From assembly GCA_963764165.1 (NCBI GenBank), contig CAVXRD010000003.1:480001-544000 (forward strand): a stretch of 64,000 bases of DNA, read 5' to 3'. Made by a program: the position numbers and the translations under genes. Position 1 is the stretch's first letter, and every line of letters begins with the position of its first letter. Below are positions 47,187-56,185 of this stretch, one piece after another. This DNA comes from an uncultured Verrucomicrobiae bacterium (lineage in GTDB: Bacteria; Verrucomicrobiota; Verrucomicrobiia; Limisphaerales; Palsa-1400). The notes beneath the pieces are model-generated. The model made no database searches and was not told the DNA's origin. It worked only from the letters and a program-made list of their open reading frames with translations.

Positions 47187-47729
47187 GTGAAAAAATTCCA
47201 CGCAACCATCCTAGTCGTCGAGGATAATGAAAATGACCAATTCTTGATTCAACGGGCCTTTCGCAAAATCGGCGTGGCGGAGCCGATTCATATAGTCAAT
47301 GACGGGGCGGAGGCGATCGCTTACATGACCGGGGAAGGGAAATACGCTGACCGGACAAAGTTCGAATATCCGACGTTCATCATGACAGATTTGAAAATGC
47401 CTAAACAGGATGGCTTCGATGTCCTCAATCACCTCAAAAGCCATCCGCGATGGTCAGTCATTCCCACGGTAGTTTTTTCAGCTTCGTCGGACCTTGATGA
47501 CATCAAAAAAGCGTACGTGTTGGGAGCGAGTTCTTATCACGTGAAGCCGCAAAACCCGCACAAACTGTACGAGCAATTGGCTGTGCTGCACGCTTACTGG
47601 CTGACATGCGAGGTTCCGGAAGTCGATAGCACAGGCAAACAACTCCCAACGGACAGCCGGGGCAAGTTAGGCGAGAGATTCCGCAAGCTGGACCCCGCCG
47701 ACTTAGCCAACAAGATTCTGCCAAAATAA
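47187..47729 (+). CDS. Single-domain response regulator (Rcp1-like receiver)
   Basis: ILVVEDNEND, DGAEAIAY, MTDLKMPKQDG, IPTVVFS, GASSYHVKP...YW. Confidence 0.88.
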   Translation: MKKFHATILVVEDNENDQFLIQRAFRKIGVAEPIHIVNDGAEAIAYMTGEGKYADRTKFEYPTFIMTDLKMPKQDGFDVLNHLKSHPRWSVIPTVVFSASSDLDDIKKAYVLGASSYHVKPQNPHKLYEQLAVLHAYWLTCEVPEVDSTGKQLPTDSRGKLGERFRKLDPADLANKILPK

Positions 47730-47820
47730 CGGAGGGCGTCCAGCGTTCTGAGGCTGCGCGTTTGAGGTAGGGTTTTAGCTGATTGCTCCTGGAGCGGCAG
47801 GGGTGGAGAGTGATGTCAAT

Positions 47821-49083
47821 ATGAATAACGCAATGTGGTCTAAAGCTGCGAGGATTGGAGTGTGGGGAATGGCGGGAGCGCTCTTGTCTGGATGCGCCGG
47901 GAGGGTTGAGGTGCAGGCGCCGGCCCCCCCACAGGTTTACGTGTCGCCTCCGGCAACCGTGGCAGTGCAGGCTCCGGCGGCGGTGACGGTAGCGGCTGCG
48001 GCTCCGGGAGCGTTTGTTATTACCAGCGCGGACGATTTTTATCAACCGCTCTCAGCTTATGGGCGGTGGGACGACGTTCCAGGGGTGGGACGATGCTGGT
48101 TTCCGACGCAAGCCGCCGCAGACTGGCGGCCCTACACAATGGGGCATTGGGAGAGGACGGACGCGGGTTGGTATTGGGCCAGTGACGAGCCGTTCGGCTG
48201 GGCGACCTACCATTACGGACGCTGGGATTGCCGCGCCGACGGAACCTGGTATTGGGCGGCGGATGTGCATTGGGCGCCCGCCTGGGTTTCATGGCGGAAC
48301 GGAGGCGGATATGCGGGATGGGCGCCTCTGCCACCGGCGGCGAAATTTGAGGCCGGCGTTGGGCTTCACTTTGATGTCAATTTGATTCCTGCGCGGTCTT
48401 ATTGCTTCGTTTCAGAGCAGCACTTCATGGAACCCATTCGATCGACAACGGTCATCGTGAATAACACAACCATTATCAATAAGACGGTGAATATCACCAA
48501 CGTGAAGGTTGTGAATAATACGATCATTAATGAGGGTCCCTCCACGCAACGGATCGAGCAGGCCACTGGCCACCCGGTTCAAGTTGCAAAGGTAGCAGAT
48601 CTGCGCCGGCAATCGGAAGCGCGGGTGGCGATAAAGCCCAAGCCGTTAGCGGCAGGCGAGAGGAAGGAACCGTTGGCGGCGGGTGAGAGGAAGACAGTGG
48701 ACCATTCCGTTAAACAGCCGGCCAAGGAGACGCGTCCGACCGAGAAGCCTGCGCTCGTGACGAAAGACGCACGGCCAGCAGAGAAGCAGAAGACGCTCGT
48801 GCGTCAGGATCAAGCCACCAAACCGAAGCCAGCGCCAGAGCACACAACGGAAAAAGTTCCGGCAAATCAGAAAACCGAAGTGGCCCAAACCACCGTAAAA
48901 CACCCGCCTGCTGAGAAGGTTCCCGGAAAGGACGCAGCGCCTCCCGATAAAAAGGCTCCCGATAAAAAGACTCCCGTCAAGAAGACCACGCCGCCTAAGA
49001 AAGAAGATGCCCATCCGAAGCCCGAAAAGCCTGAAGAAGATAAAAACAAAAAACCTTCCGACGAAAAAAAGCCGGACCAGTAA
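47821..49083 (+). CDS. Lipoprotein with Trp-rich DUF6600-like domain and Lys/Pro-rich disordered tail
   Basis: Lipobox LLSGC; WRPY..GHW..TDAGWYWASDEPFGWATYHYGRW...WAPAWVSW; NNTTIIN repeats; KP/EK-rich tail. Confidence 0.78.
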   Translation: MNNAMWSKAARIGVWGMAGALLSGCAGRVEVQAPAPPQVYVSPPATVAVQAPAAVTVAAAAPGAFVITSADDFYQPLSAYGRWDDVPGVGRCWFPTQAAADWRPYTMGHWERTDAGWYWASDEPFGWATYHYGRWDCRADGTWYWAADVHWAPAWVSWRNGGGYAGWAPLPPAAKFEAGVGLHFDVNLIPARSYCFVSEQHFMEPIRSTTVIVNNTTIINKTVNITNVKVVNNTIINEGPSTQRIEQATGHPVQVAKVADLRRQSEARVAIKPKPLAAGERKEPLAAGERKTVDHSVKQPAKETRPTEKPALVTKDARPAEKQKTLVRQDQATKPKPAPEHTTEKVPANQKTEVAQTTVKHPPAEKVPGKDAAPPDKKAPDKKTPVKKTTPPKKEDAHPKPEKPEEDKNKKPSDEKKPDQ

Positions 49084-49122
49084 CAGGTTGAAACCTGGGA
49101 ATTGAAGGAATAAAATTAGGCC

Positions 49123-49356
49123 ATGTTTAGGCGTTATACTTCAAAGACCTGTTGACAGCAGCCCGTTCAAGCCCTTCCGCATCCATATCTCGACGGAAAA
49201 TCGTTCGACGTCACCAATCACGATATGGCGATGATTAAGCGCCACGCCATCGAAGTTGGGATTGATCCCGACCAAGATTCCATTGTCGGACGCACGGTCG
49301 AATGCGCTTTGCTTCATATTATTCGTGTTGAGGAGCGGGCTGCTGCAGCCGCCTAG
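49123..49356 (+). pseudogene. Frameshifted paralogue of the downstream 78-aa PFKPFRIH protein
   Basis: Adding 3 single bases (~49130, ~49162, ~49191) gives MFxALYFKDLLTAxPFKPFRIHIxDGKSFDVTNHDM...LLHIIRVEE, 78 aa. Confidence 0.75.
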
Positions 49357-49416
49357 CTCCCCAGGGTCCGCCCCATCAAAGATTGAAACCTGAGATGGAA
49401 TGGGTAAACTCCGAAG

Positions 49417-49653
49417 ATGATAACGGCGCTCGAACTTAGAGAACGGATGCAGGAAACGCCATTCAAACCGTTCCGCATCCACACAACGGACGGAAAAACG
49501 TACAACATTGTTAACAACGATATGATGTTCGTCAAGCGGAACGGAGTCGAAATAGCCCTGGATCTTGACAGCAATTCTGTCGCGGAACGTTTCGCCAAAG
49601 TGGCACTGCTTCACATTACGACGCTTGAAGATCTGACAACGGCGAACGCTTAA
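49417..49653 (+). CDS. Small uncharacterised protein (PFxPFRIH...DG motif)
   Basis: 78 aa; preceded by TTGAAA-16-TAAACT; has a tandem paralogue. Confidence 0.75.
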   Translation: MITALELRERMQETPFKPFRIHTTDGKTYNIVNNDMMFVKRNGVEIALDLDSNSVAERFAKVALLHITTLEDLTTANA

Positions 49654-49701
49654 TCCAAAACCGGCCATAATTAACTGCGCGCCAAGCCCAAATTTTCGCC
49701 A

Positions 49702-49730
49702 TTGCGTGGCCGGTTGACCGAACCTAAAAT
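49702..49730 (+). promoter_or_regulatory. Putative sigma-70 promoter of accA
   Basis: TTGCGT-17 bp-TAAAAT, 9 bp upstream of the ATG. Confidence 0.5.
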
Positions 49731-49739
49731 GGCGGTCTG

Positions 49740-50771
49740 ATGAAATATCAGCTTGATTTTGAGAAGCCGGTTTTGGAGCTGCAGCGCAAGCTGGAAGAGC
49801 TGAAGAGACATCCCGAAGACCACTCGCTTGACGTTTCCTTTGAGGAGGAAGTGGCGATCATCGAGAAGAAAATCGAGGAGATGCGGCGCGAGATTTTTGC
49901 CAATCTCAGCCCGTGGGACCGGGTCAAAATCGCGCGCCATCCGAAGCGCCCTTTCATGCTCGATTACGCGGAATCGATCTTCGCCGAGTTCAACGAGCTG
50001 CATGGCGACCGTTTGTTCGCTGATGACGCCGCTTTAGTTTGCGGTTTCGCCAAATTAGGCGAGCACAAGGTCTTGCTCATCGGCACGCAAAAAGGCCGGG
50101 ACACCAAGGAAAACATCAAGCGCAACTTCGGCTCGGCCATGCCTGAAGGCTATCGCAAAGCCATGCGCTTGATGAAACTGGCCGACAAATTCGGGCTGCC
50201 GATTATTTCGCTAATCGACACCCCGGGCGCATATCCCGGCATTGGCGCGGAAGAGCGGCACGTCGCCGAAGCCATCGCCGTCAACCTGCGCGAAATGATG
50301 CTGCTGGACGTTCCGATTGTGGCGGCGGTCATTGGCGAAGGCGGATCGGGCGGCGCGCTCGGCATCGGCGTGGCGGATCGAGTTTTGATTTTGGAAAACG
50401 CCTACTACTCAGTCATCAGTCCGGAGGGTTGCGCCGCGATTCTGTGGAAAGACCGCGCCGCCGCGCCAAAGGCTGCCCAGGCTTTGCGCATCTCCGCAAA
50501 CGATTTGAAGGAACTTGGCCTTGTTGATGAAGTCGTGCCCGAACCGCTCGGCGGCGCACACACAGACGCGCAAAAGATGGGCAAGAGCCTGCAGTCCGCG
50601 CTCATTTCCAATCTCGAAGCGCTGAAAAAAATCTCCGGCGCCGAGCGCCTGAAAATGCGCTACGAAAAATACAGGGCCTACGGGCGCTTCACCGAAGAGC
50701 AGAAAAAAACCGCCGGCATGGAAAACGGCCAGGCGGATCGAAACGGCACACACGCGGGCAACGGCTCGTAG
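49740..50771 (+). CDS. accA: Acetyl-CoA carboxylase carboxyltransferase alpha subunit
   Basis: LDFEKP, ARHPKRP, ELHGDR, PEGYRKA, IDTPGAYPG, GEGGSGGAL, YSVISPEGCAAILWK. Confidence 0.97.
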   Translation: MKYQLDFEKPVLELQRKLEELKRHPEDHSLDVSFEEEVAIIEKKIEEMRREIFANLSPWDRVKIARHPKRPFMLDYAESIFAEFNELHGDRLFADDAALVCGFAKLGEHKVLLIGTQKGRDTKENIKRNFGSAMPEGYRKAMRLMKLADKFGLPIISLIDTPGAYPGIGAEERHVAEAIAVNLREMMLLDVPIVAAVIGEGGSGGALGIGVADRVLILENAYYSVISPEGCAAILWKDRAAAPKAAQALRISANDLKELGLVDEVVPEPLGGAHTDAQKMGKSLQSALISNLEALKKISGAERLKMRYEKYRAYGRFTEEQKKTAGMENGQADRNGTHAGNGS

Positions 50772-50780
50772 GAATTCAAC

Positions 50781-51752
50781 ATGGTTAATCTCTATCCGTT
50801 GACGTTCGAGCCGATCTTCAAGGAACGGATTTGGGGCGGGCGCAAGCTCGAATCTCTCTACGGAAAAGCGCTGCCGCCCGGCCCGCCGATTGGCGAATCG
50901 TGGGAAGTCACTGACCGGCCCGGCGATGAGAGCGTTGTGGCGTCCGGCCCGTTAAAGGGGCGCACGCTTCATTGGCTGATGGAAAACTGCCCAGCCGCGC
51001 TGCTTGGTTTCCTGAAGCCCATTCCAAAGCGTTTTCCGCTGTTAATAAAAATTCTTGACGCCAACGCCACGCTTTCCCTGCAAGTGCATCCGCCGCCTTT
51101 TGTTGCGCCTTCGCTCGGCGGCGAACCGAAAACGGAAATGTGGTATGTGGCGCAAGCCCAGCCCGGCGCGGAGCTTTTTGTCGGACTCAAGAACGGCGTC
51201 ACACGCGCGGAATTTGAGAGCAAGCTGGCTTCGCAAAAAGTGGCGGAATGCTTTCACGTTGTCCAAGTCAAGGAGGGCGATTCGATGTTTCTGCCCAGCG
51301 GCCGTGTCCACGCCCTCGGCGCGGGCCTCGTGATTTTTGAAATCCAGCAAAACTCGGACACGACCTATCGCGTGTTTGACTGGAATCGGGTGGAGCGCGA
51401 TGGGAAGCCCCGCGCGTTGCACATCCCGCAATCGCTGGCCAGCATCAACTTCAACGATTTTGAACCGGCCCTTTTGCCGCGCGACACTTCCCCTGCCCAG
51501 CCGGGAACCGTTCGCCCGCTGATAAATGATCCGTTGTTTAACGTCGAATTGCGGCAGTGGGCGCCCGGCGACTCGCAGACATGGCCCGGGGGAAAAATGC
51601 GCATTCTCGGAGTCGTCGAGGGCAAGTTGATGATTGAAGGTTCTGGGGAGCAAGTTGAGATTCCGGCTGGTGGCTTTTGCCTGATCCCGGCGCAATGCGA
51701 TGCCACGAAAGGGCAGGCATTGCGCGAAACGAAATTCCTGGAGATTCTATGA
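50781..51752 (+). CDS. manA: Class I mannose-6-phosphate isomerase (cupin)
   Basis: IWGG, GESWE, FPLLIKILDA, LSLQVHP, KTEMW, GRVHA, EIQQNSDTTYR. Confidence 0.9.
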   Translation: MVNLYPLTFEPIFKERIWGGRKLESLYGKALPPGPPIGESWEVTDRPGDESVVASGPLKGRTLHWLMENCPAALLGFLKPIPKRFPLLIKILDANATLSLQVHPPPFVAPSLGGEPKTEMWYVAQAQPGAELFVGLKNGVTRAEFESKLASQKVAECFHVVQVKEGDSMFLPSGRVHALGAGLVIFEIQQNSDTTYRVFDWNRVERDGKPRALHIPQSLASINFNDFEPALLPRDTSPAQPGTVRPLINDPLFNVELRQWAPGDSQTWPGGKMRILGVVEGKLMIEGSGEQVEIPAGGFCLIPAQCDATKGQALRETKFLEIL

Positions 51753-53092
51753 AAAACTCAAACGGCATGACAGTAAGTCTGGTGATGGCGGCACTGCCCT
51801 GCATTGCGGGCATCTGCTCCGCCGCCAATTGGCCGCAATTTCGCGGCCTCGATTCCTCTGGCGTCGACAGCAGCGCACCTGCGCCGGTGAATTGGAATGT
51901 CGAAAAAGGCGAGAACATCCGCTGGCGCACGGAAATTCCCGGCCTCGCGCATTCGTCGCCGATTATTTGGGGAGATCGCATTTATTTGACGACAGCGGTC
52001 GGCGATCCCAAGCAGGACGTCAAAATCGGACTTTACGGCGATATTGCTTCCGCCAATGACGAGGATTCGCATCAATGGCGCATGCTGGCAATTGACAAGG
52101 GTTCGGGCAAAATTATTTGGGATAAACTGGCGACCGAAGGAATTCCTCGCGGCAAACGCCATCCCAAGGCGACTCATTGCAACTCGACACCCGCCACCGA
52201 CGGCGATCGGGTGGTGGCCATTTATGGCTCGGAAGGTTTGTTCTGCCTCGATCACGACGGCAAGGTTATCTGGCATGACGACCTTGGGCGGATGAAGTCG
52301 GGGTATTATGTCGTGCCGAGCGCGGAGTGGGGATTTTCGAGTTCGCCAATCATTCACGAGGGCAAAGTCATCGTTTTGTGCGATGTGCTGGGAGATTCCT
52401 TTATCGCCAGCTTCAATCTGGCTGACGGCCACGAACTTTGGCGAACGAAGCGGAAAGACGTCCCAACATGGAGCACTCCGGCAATCGCGAAAGTCGGCGC
52501 TCGCACGGAAATTCTGGTGAACGGCTGGCATCATACAGGAGCATACGACTTTGCCAATGGGAATGAGATTTGGAAAATCGACGGCGGCGGAGATATTCCA
52601 GTGCCGACTCCGATCGTCTCGGACGGCATGGTTTATTTCACCAGCGCCCACGGCGGGCAACGCCCGATGCGCGCGGTGAAATTGGACGACCACCTCGTCA
52701 CTGTCACCGCCCAGGGGGTGACAAATCCGGCGGTCGCATGGCAGCAGGATCGCAAGGGTGATTATTTGCTGACCCCGATTCTCGTTGGGCCTTGCGTTTA
52801 CTCCTGCCAGGACGGAATTGTAAATTGCTTCGACGCGAAAACGGGCGATGTCAAATATAGCGAGCGATTGGGCGACGGCACGGAAGGCTTCACGGCCTCG
52901 CCAGTGTCAGATGGAAAGAACATCTATTTTACAAGCGAGACGGGCAAAGTCTATGTCGTTCCAGCCTCAGGGGCTTTCTCCGTCACCGCCTCGAACAAGC
53001 TAAACGACACCTGCCTCGCCAGCGCTGCCGTTTCGGACGGGACAATCTTTTTCAGAACGCGCCGGGAATTAATGGCCATTGGGAAGCCGTAG
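51749..53092 (+). CDS. Exported PQQ-like beta-propeller repeat protein (BamB-like repeats)
   Basis: NWPQFRG, SSPIIWGD, STPATDG, WSTP, PTP and TASPV blades. Confidence 0.88.
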   Translation: MKNSNGMTVSLVMAALPCIAGICSAANWPQFRGLDSSGVDSSAPAPVNWNVEKGENIRWRTEIPGLAHSSPIIWGDRIYLTTAVGDPKQDVKIGLYGDIASANDEDSHQWRMLAIDKGSGKIIWDKLATEGIPRGKRHPKATHCNSTPATDGDRVVAIYGSEGLFCLDHDGKVIWHDDLGRMKSGYYVVPSAEWGFSSSPIIHEGKVIVLCDVLGDSFIASFNLADGHELWRTKRKDVPTWSTPAIAKVGARTEILVNGWHHTGAYDFANGNEIWKIDGGGDIPVPTPIVSDGMVYFTSAHGGQRPMRAVKLDDHLVTVTAQGVTNPAVAWQQDRKGDYLLTPILVGPCVYSCQDGIVNCFDAKTGDVKYSERLGDGTEGFTASPVSDGKNIYFTSETGKVYVVPASGAFSVTASNKLNDTCLASAAVSDGTIFFRTRRELMAIGKP

Positions 53093-53160
53093 GCGGAATT
53101 TCGGAGAAACTCTCAATCCCTGCAAATCGTGGCAGGTCGAGGCTCGCCGAGCCACATCCG

Positions 53161-53252
53161 TCGCAGCGCAGACTTCCAAATCCGCTTGCCTCAACACCGA
53201 ATGCAGGCTTCGACGCCTGCGACACGGCAAGTTTGGAAAGCCTGCGCTGCGA
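53161..53252. repeat. REP-like inverted-repeat element (different family)
   Basis: TCGCAGCGCAGACTTCCAAA ... TTTGGAAAGCCTGCGCTGCGA between convergent genes. Confidence 0.65.
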
Positions 53253-53355
53253 AAAGACGGTTTATTGCAGCCTCGTCCTACCACGCTTATTTCGTGATCG
53301 AGGCTGCCGGAACACTAAAAATTTCGCGGAAATCGTGCTCCCTACTCCACCGCAC

Positions 53356-54789
53356 TCATGCCGGTTTTGGAGGCATCTTATATTCGTGCATGCCGAGGTA
53401 GTTGGGCATCGGGACCGGGTACTTGCCTTCGGCGTCGCCGACGATGGGCGCCGGTGAATCCATCTTCCAATTCTCAATGTTGGGCGCGTAAACGTCATCA
53501 GAATTGAGCATGTCGTTATACGTCACTTCGTCTCCGCAGTGCGCAGCCAGGCGTCCCATCGACGTGACCACACTGGCTTTGATGCCGCGTGGAACTTCAT
53601 TGTAGGGCTTGTCGTTGCGGATGGCGTCAACCAGTTCATTCCATTCGTTCTGATAAGGATTCATATCCTTGCCGGGAACTTTTGAAGACCAGACAGCGGC
53701 GCTGGATGACGGCTTCTGCGTTGTAAAAATGTGCGTCTGTCCGCCGAAATCCCCGTTGTCCGCTGCGATGGCGCTGCCTTTGCTGCCGTGGACGTAACTG
53801 TTGTAGATGTCCTTGCAACGATGCTCGTTGCGGCCGTCCATGTACATTTTTGTGCCATCATCGAAGGTATATTCCACCGAGTAATGGTCGAAGTTTTGAT
53901 CCACCTGCGGCGTGCCATCCGGCTCCGTGCGATAATGGCGCCCGCCTAGGGCCTGCGCCTTGACCGGCCACGCGTTCTTGATCATGCAGAGATGATCAAT
54001 ATGGTGAATGTAAAAATCGCTGTACAGCCCGCCACTGGCCCAAATAAAACTGTGGAAGCGCGAAATCTGCCAGAGCAGTTCGCTGGGATCGTTGGGCGGC
54101 CCCGGCCAGCGCGTCGAGAAACACGCCGCCAATTCTCCCCCCGCCATCCGATAGCCGCGCATGCAAATGATGTCACCAAGCCGTCCTTCCGCGACCTGTT
54201 CCGCCAACGCCTGCAGTGGGCGGTGGTGCCGGCACATCAAGCCAACGCCGACTTTTAAATTCTTCGCGCTGGCCTGTTCCGCCAACTGCAACATTTTCCG
54301 GGAACTCGGGCCGTCCGCCGTGAGCGGCTTTTCCATGAACACGTTCAGGCCCTTGGAGATGGCGTATTGAAAATGAACCCAGCGGAAGGCCAGCGGCGTC
54401 GTGAAAATGGCAACATCGCCCGGCTTCAAACAATCCATTGCGTGCTGATAGGCGTCGAATCCGATGAACTTGTGCTCTGGTGAAACTTCAACATTGGCGC
54501 CGCATTCCTTGTCGTTTTTCAAACTGTCGTAACAGCCATTCAACTTGTGCGGAAAAACATCCGCCATGGCTGCCAGTTTGACAGGCGTGCTCTGGACGCA
54601 CATCGCGTTTTTGGCCGCGCCCCCGCCGCGCCCACCGCACCCGATCAACGCCACTTTCAAGGCATCGCTGCCCTGGGCGTGGACGTGTGGGAGGGTCAGC
54701 CCGGCAAGCGCCGAGACTGCCGCCACGCGGCCTGTGGTTTTCAGAAACTCCCGTCGGGAGGAAAGTGAAGAGTTAGTCGATTCGCTCAT
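53356..54789 (-). CDS. Tat-exported Gfo/Idh/MocA-family oxidoreductase
   Basis: SRREFLK twin-arginine motif, ALIGCGGRG, FMEKP, HHID. Confidence 0.9.
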   Translation of the reverse strand: MSESTNSSLSSRREFLKTTGRVAAVSALAGLTLPHVHAQGSDALKVALIGCGGRGGGAAKNAMCVQSTPVKLAAMADVFPHKLNGCYDSLKNDKECGANVEVSPEHKFIGFDAYQHAMDCLKPGDVAIFTTPLAFRWVHFQYAISKGLNVFMEKPLTADGPSSRKMLQLAEQASAKNLKVGVGLMCRHHRPLQALAEQVAEGRLGDIICMRGYRMAGGELAACFSTRWPGPPNDPSELLWQISRFHSFIWASGGLYSDFYIHHIDHLCMIKNAWPVKAQALGGRHYRTEPDGTPQVDQNFDHYSVEYTFDDGTKMYMDGRNEHRCKDIYNSYVHGSKGSAIAADNGDFGGQTHIFTTQKPSSSAAVWSSKVPGKDMNPYQNEWNELVDAIRNDKPYNEVPRGIKASVVTSMGRLAAHCGDEVTYNDMLNSDDVYAPNIENWKMDSPAPIVGDAEGKYPVPMPNYLGMHEYKMPPKPA

Positions 54790-54855
54790 AAATGATTCAA
54801 GTTGGACGCGCAATACTGCTGACGGCTTCAATAAATCCTGAGCGGCGGAGAAAAC

Positions 54856-55986
54856 TCAAGACTTCTTCGATGAGCGCGCCGGAATTCCCGCCAACCGCGA
54901 TAGCTCGCGATGAATGCGGGCGACGCGCTCAACTTGGCCCTTGGCCGGAAACCTCTCGTAGAAACCGTCTTTCTTGAATTGCCGCGCCTGCTCCGTCCAA
55001 GGCGCCAGCCGCTGGCGCCAGCGTTCGATCCTGCCCTCGGCGGGCTCCGAATCAACCGCGTCCAAGTCCGCGCAAACGCGAAGCATCGCCTTGAGCGCGA
55101 CAGGCTTGGTCACCATCGAGCCGGCGTCTCCCCAGGATTCGCCCCAAACCTCCGCCGCCGCCTTTAGAAAATCGCGGACGACCGTATAGTATTTACCGGC
55201 GAGCCTTTTGTCCGGCCCTTCCTTTTCAATGAGCGCCCACGCCAGGCGAACCCATCGGTGGATTTCGTTGAACAGCTCGGCCTGAAGTATCCACTTCTCC
55301 TGTCTGCTGCGACCGCCGAGGCGGTTGATGCGGTAGCGCAACGGGCTGTCGGACTCGTTGTAAAGCATTTCGGAAATGGTCGCCGCGAAACGCCGGTCCG
55401 GCTCCGCCCACGAGACGCGCTCGTAAAGATCGACTAAATGGCTCTTGTTGATGCGCGTCGGCGTCGAGTTGATGATGACGAACATCTCGGTGGCGAAATC
55501 CTCGCTGCGCCCGTCAAAAATCACGCACGGGACAGAGATGTTGCGAGCTTCCTCCGGATGCGTCGTCATGAAAAATTGCAGCGCCGCGAGCCGGTGCTGG
55601 CCGTCAATGATCAGAAATTTCTCGCCGGGCACCTGCAGCTTCCCGACGCCGGAACCATCCGTCCACGCCTCAAAATGGAGCTTTTGCGGTGTGAACAAAA
55701 GGACGGTGCCCGGAATCGGCGGCTGGGAAATGGCGGTTTCATAAAAATTCCGAATGGCGCGCACCTTCGCCTTGGAGACCTCGCGCTGGAACGCTTTGTC
55801 GCTCCGCTCGATCTTGGCGATGAAGAGCGCCACGTCATCCTGCTCCTCGACATGCTCGGGTTGAATCTGGCCGCCTTCCTCGTCGTAAAACCGGCTGATG
55901 AACCGGACGTGCTGGAGCAATTTGTCCGACGGAAACGAAGCGAAATAAAAGATGGCATCCTTCTGGCGAATCTGTGTCGCGATCAT
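54856..55986 (-). CDS. DGQHR-domain (DndB-like) protein
   Basis: FQR, IIDGQHRLAA and FVIINST motifs. Confidence 0.88.
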   Translation of the reverse strand: MIATQIRQKDAIFYFASFPSDKLLQHVRFISRFYDEEGGQIQPEHVEEQDDVALFIAKIERSDKAFQREVSKAKVRAIRNFYETAISQPPIPGTVLLFTPQKLHFEAWTDGSGVGKLQVPGEKFLIIDGQHRLAALQFFMTTHPEEARNISVPCVIFDGRSEDFATEMFVIINSTPTRINKSHLVDLYERVSWAEPDRRFAATISEMLYNESDSPLRYRINRLGGRSRQEKWILQAELFNEIHRWVRLAWALIEKEGPDKRLAGKYYTVVRDFLKAAAEVWGESWGDAGSMVTKPVALKAMLRVCADLDAVDSEPAEGRIERWRQRLAPWTEQARQFKKDGFYERFPAKGQVERVARIHRELSRLAGIPARSSKKS

Positions 55987-56185
55987 AAGATTTTGATGAG
56001 TTCCGCAGCGCACGAAGCGCGGAACAAAATTACAACAGCATCAAGAAAATTGCCACAGAATTTGTGTGACATTAATTTCGCCGGCGCGTGGAGATTGCTC
56101 TCGCGAAGCGAGGCGTCGAGGCTTCCGCGCCCCCTGAATTCGCTTCCCTTTTTCAGCGGCTTGTGCCTCTTTGTCCAACCTGATG

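Noticed and set aside
49141..49668. Minus-strand 175-aa ORF with an internal repeat
   Set aside because: It is the antisense shadow of the tandem plus-strand paralogues, which have promoters.
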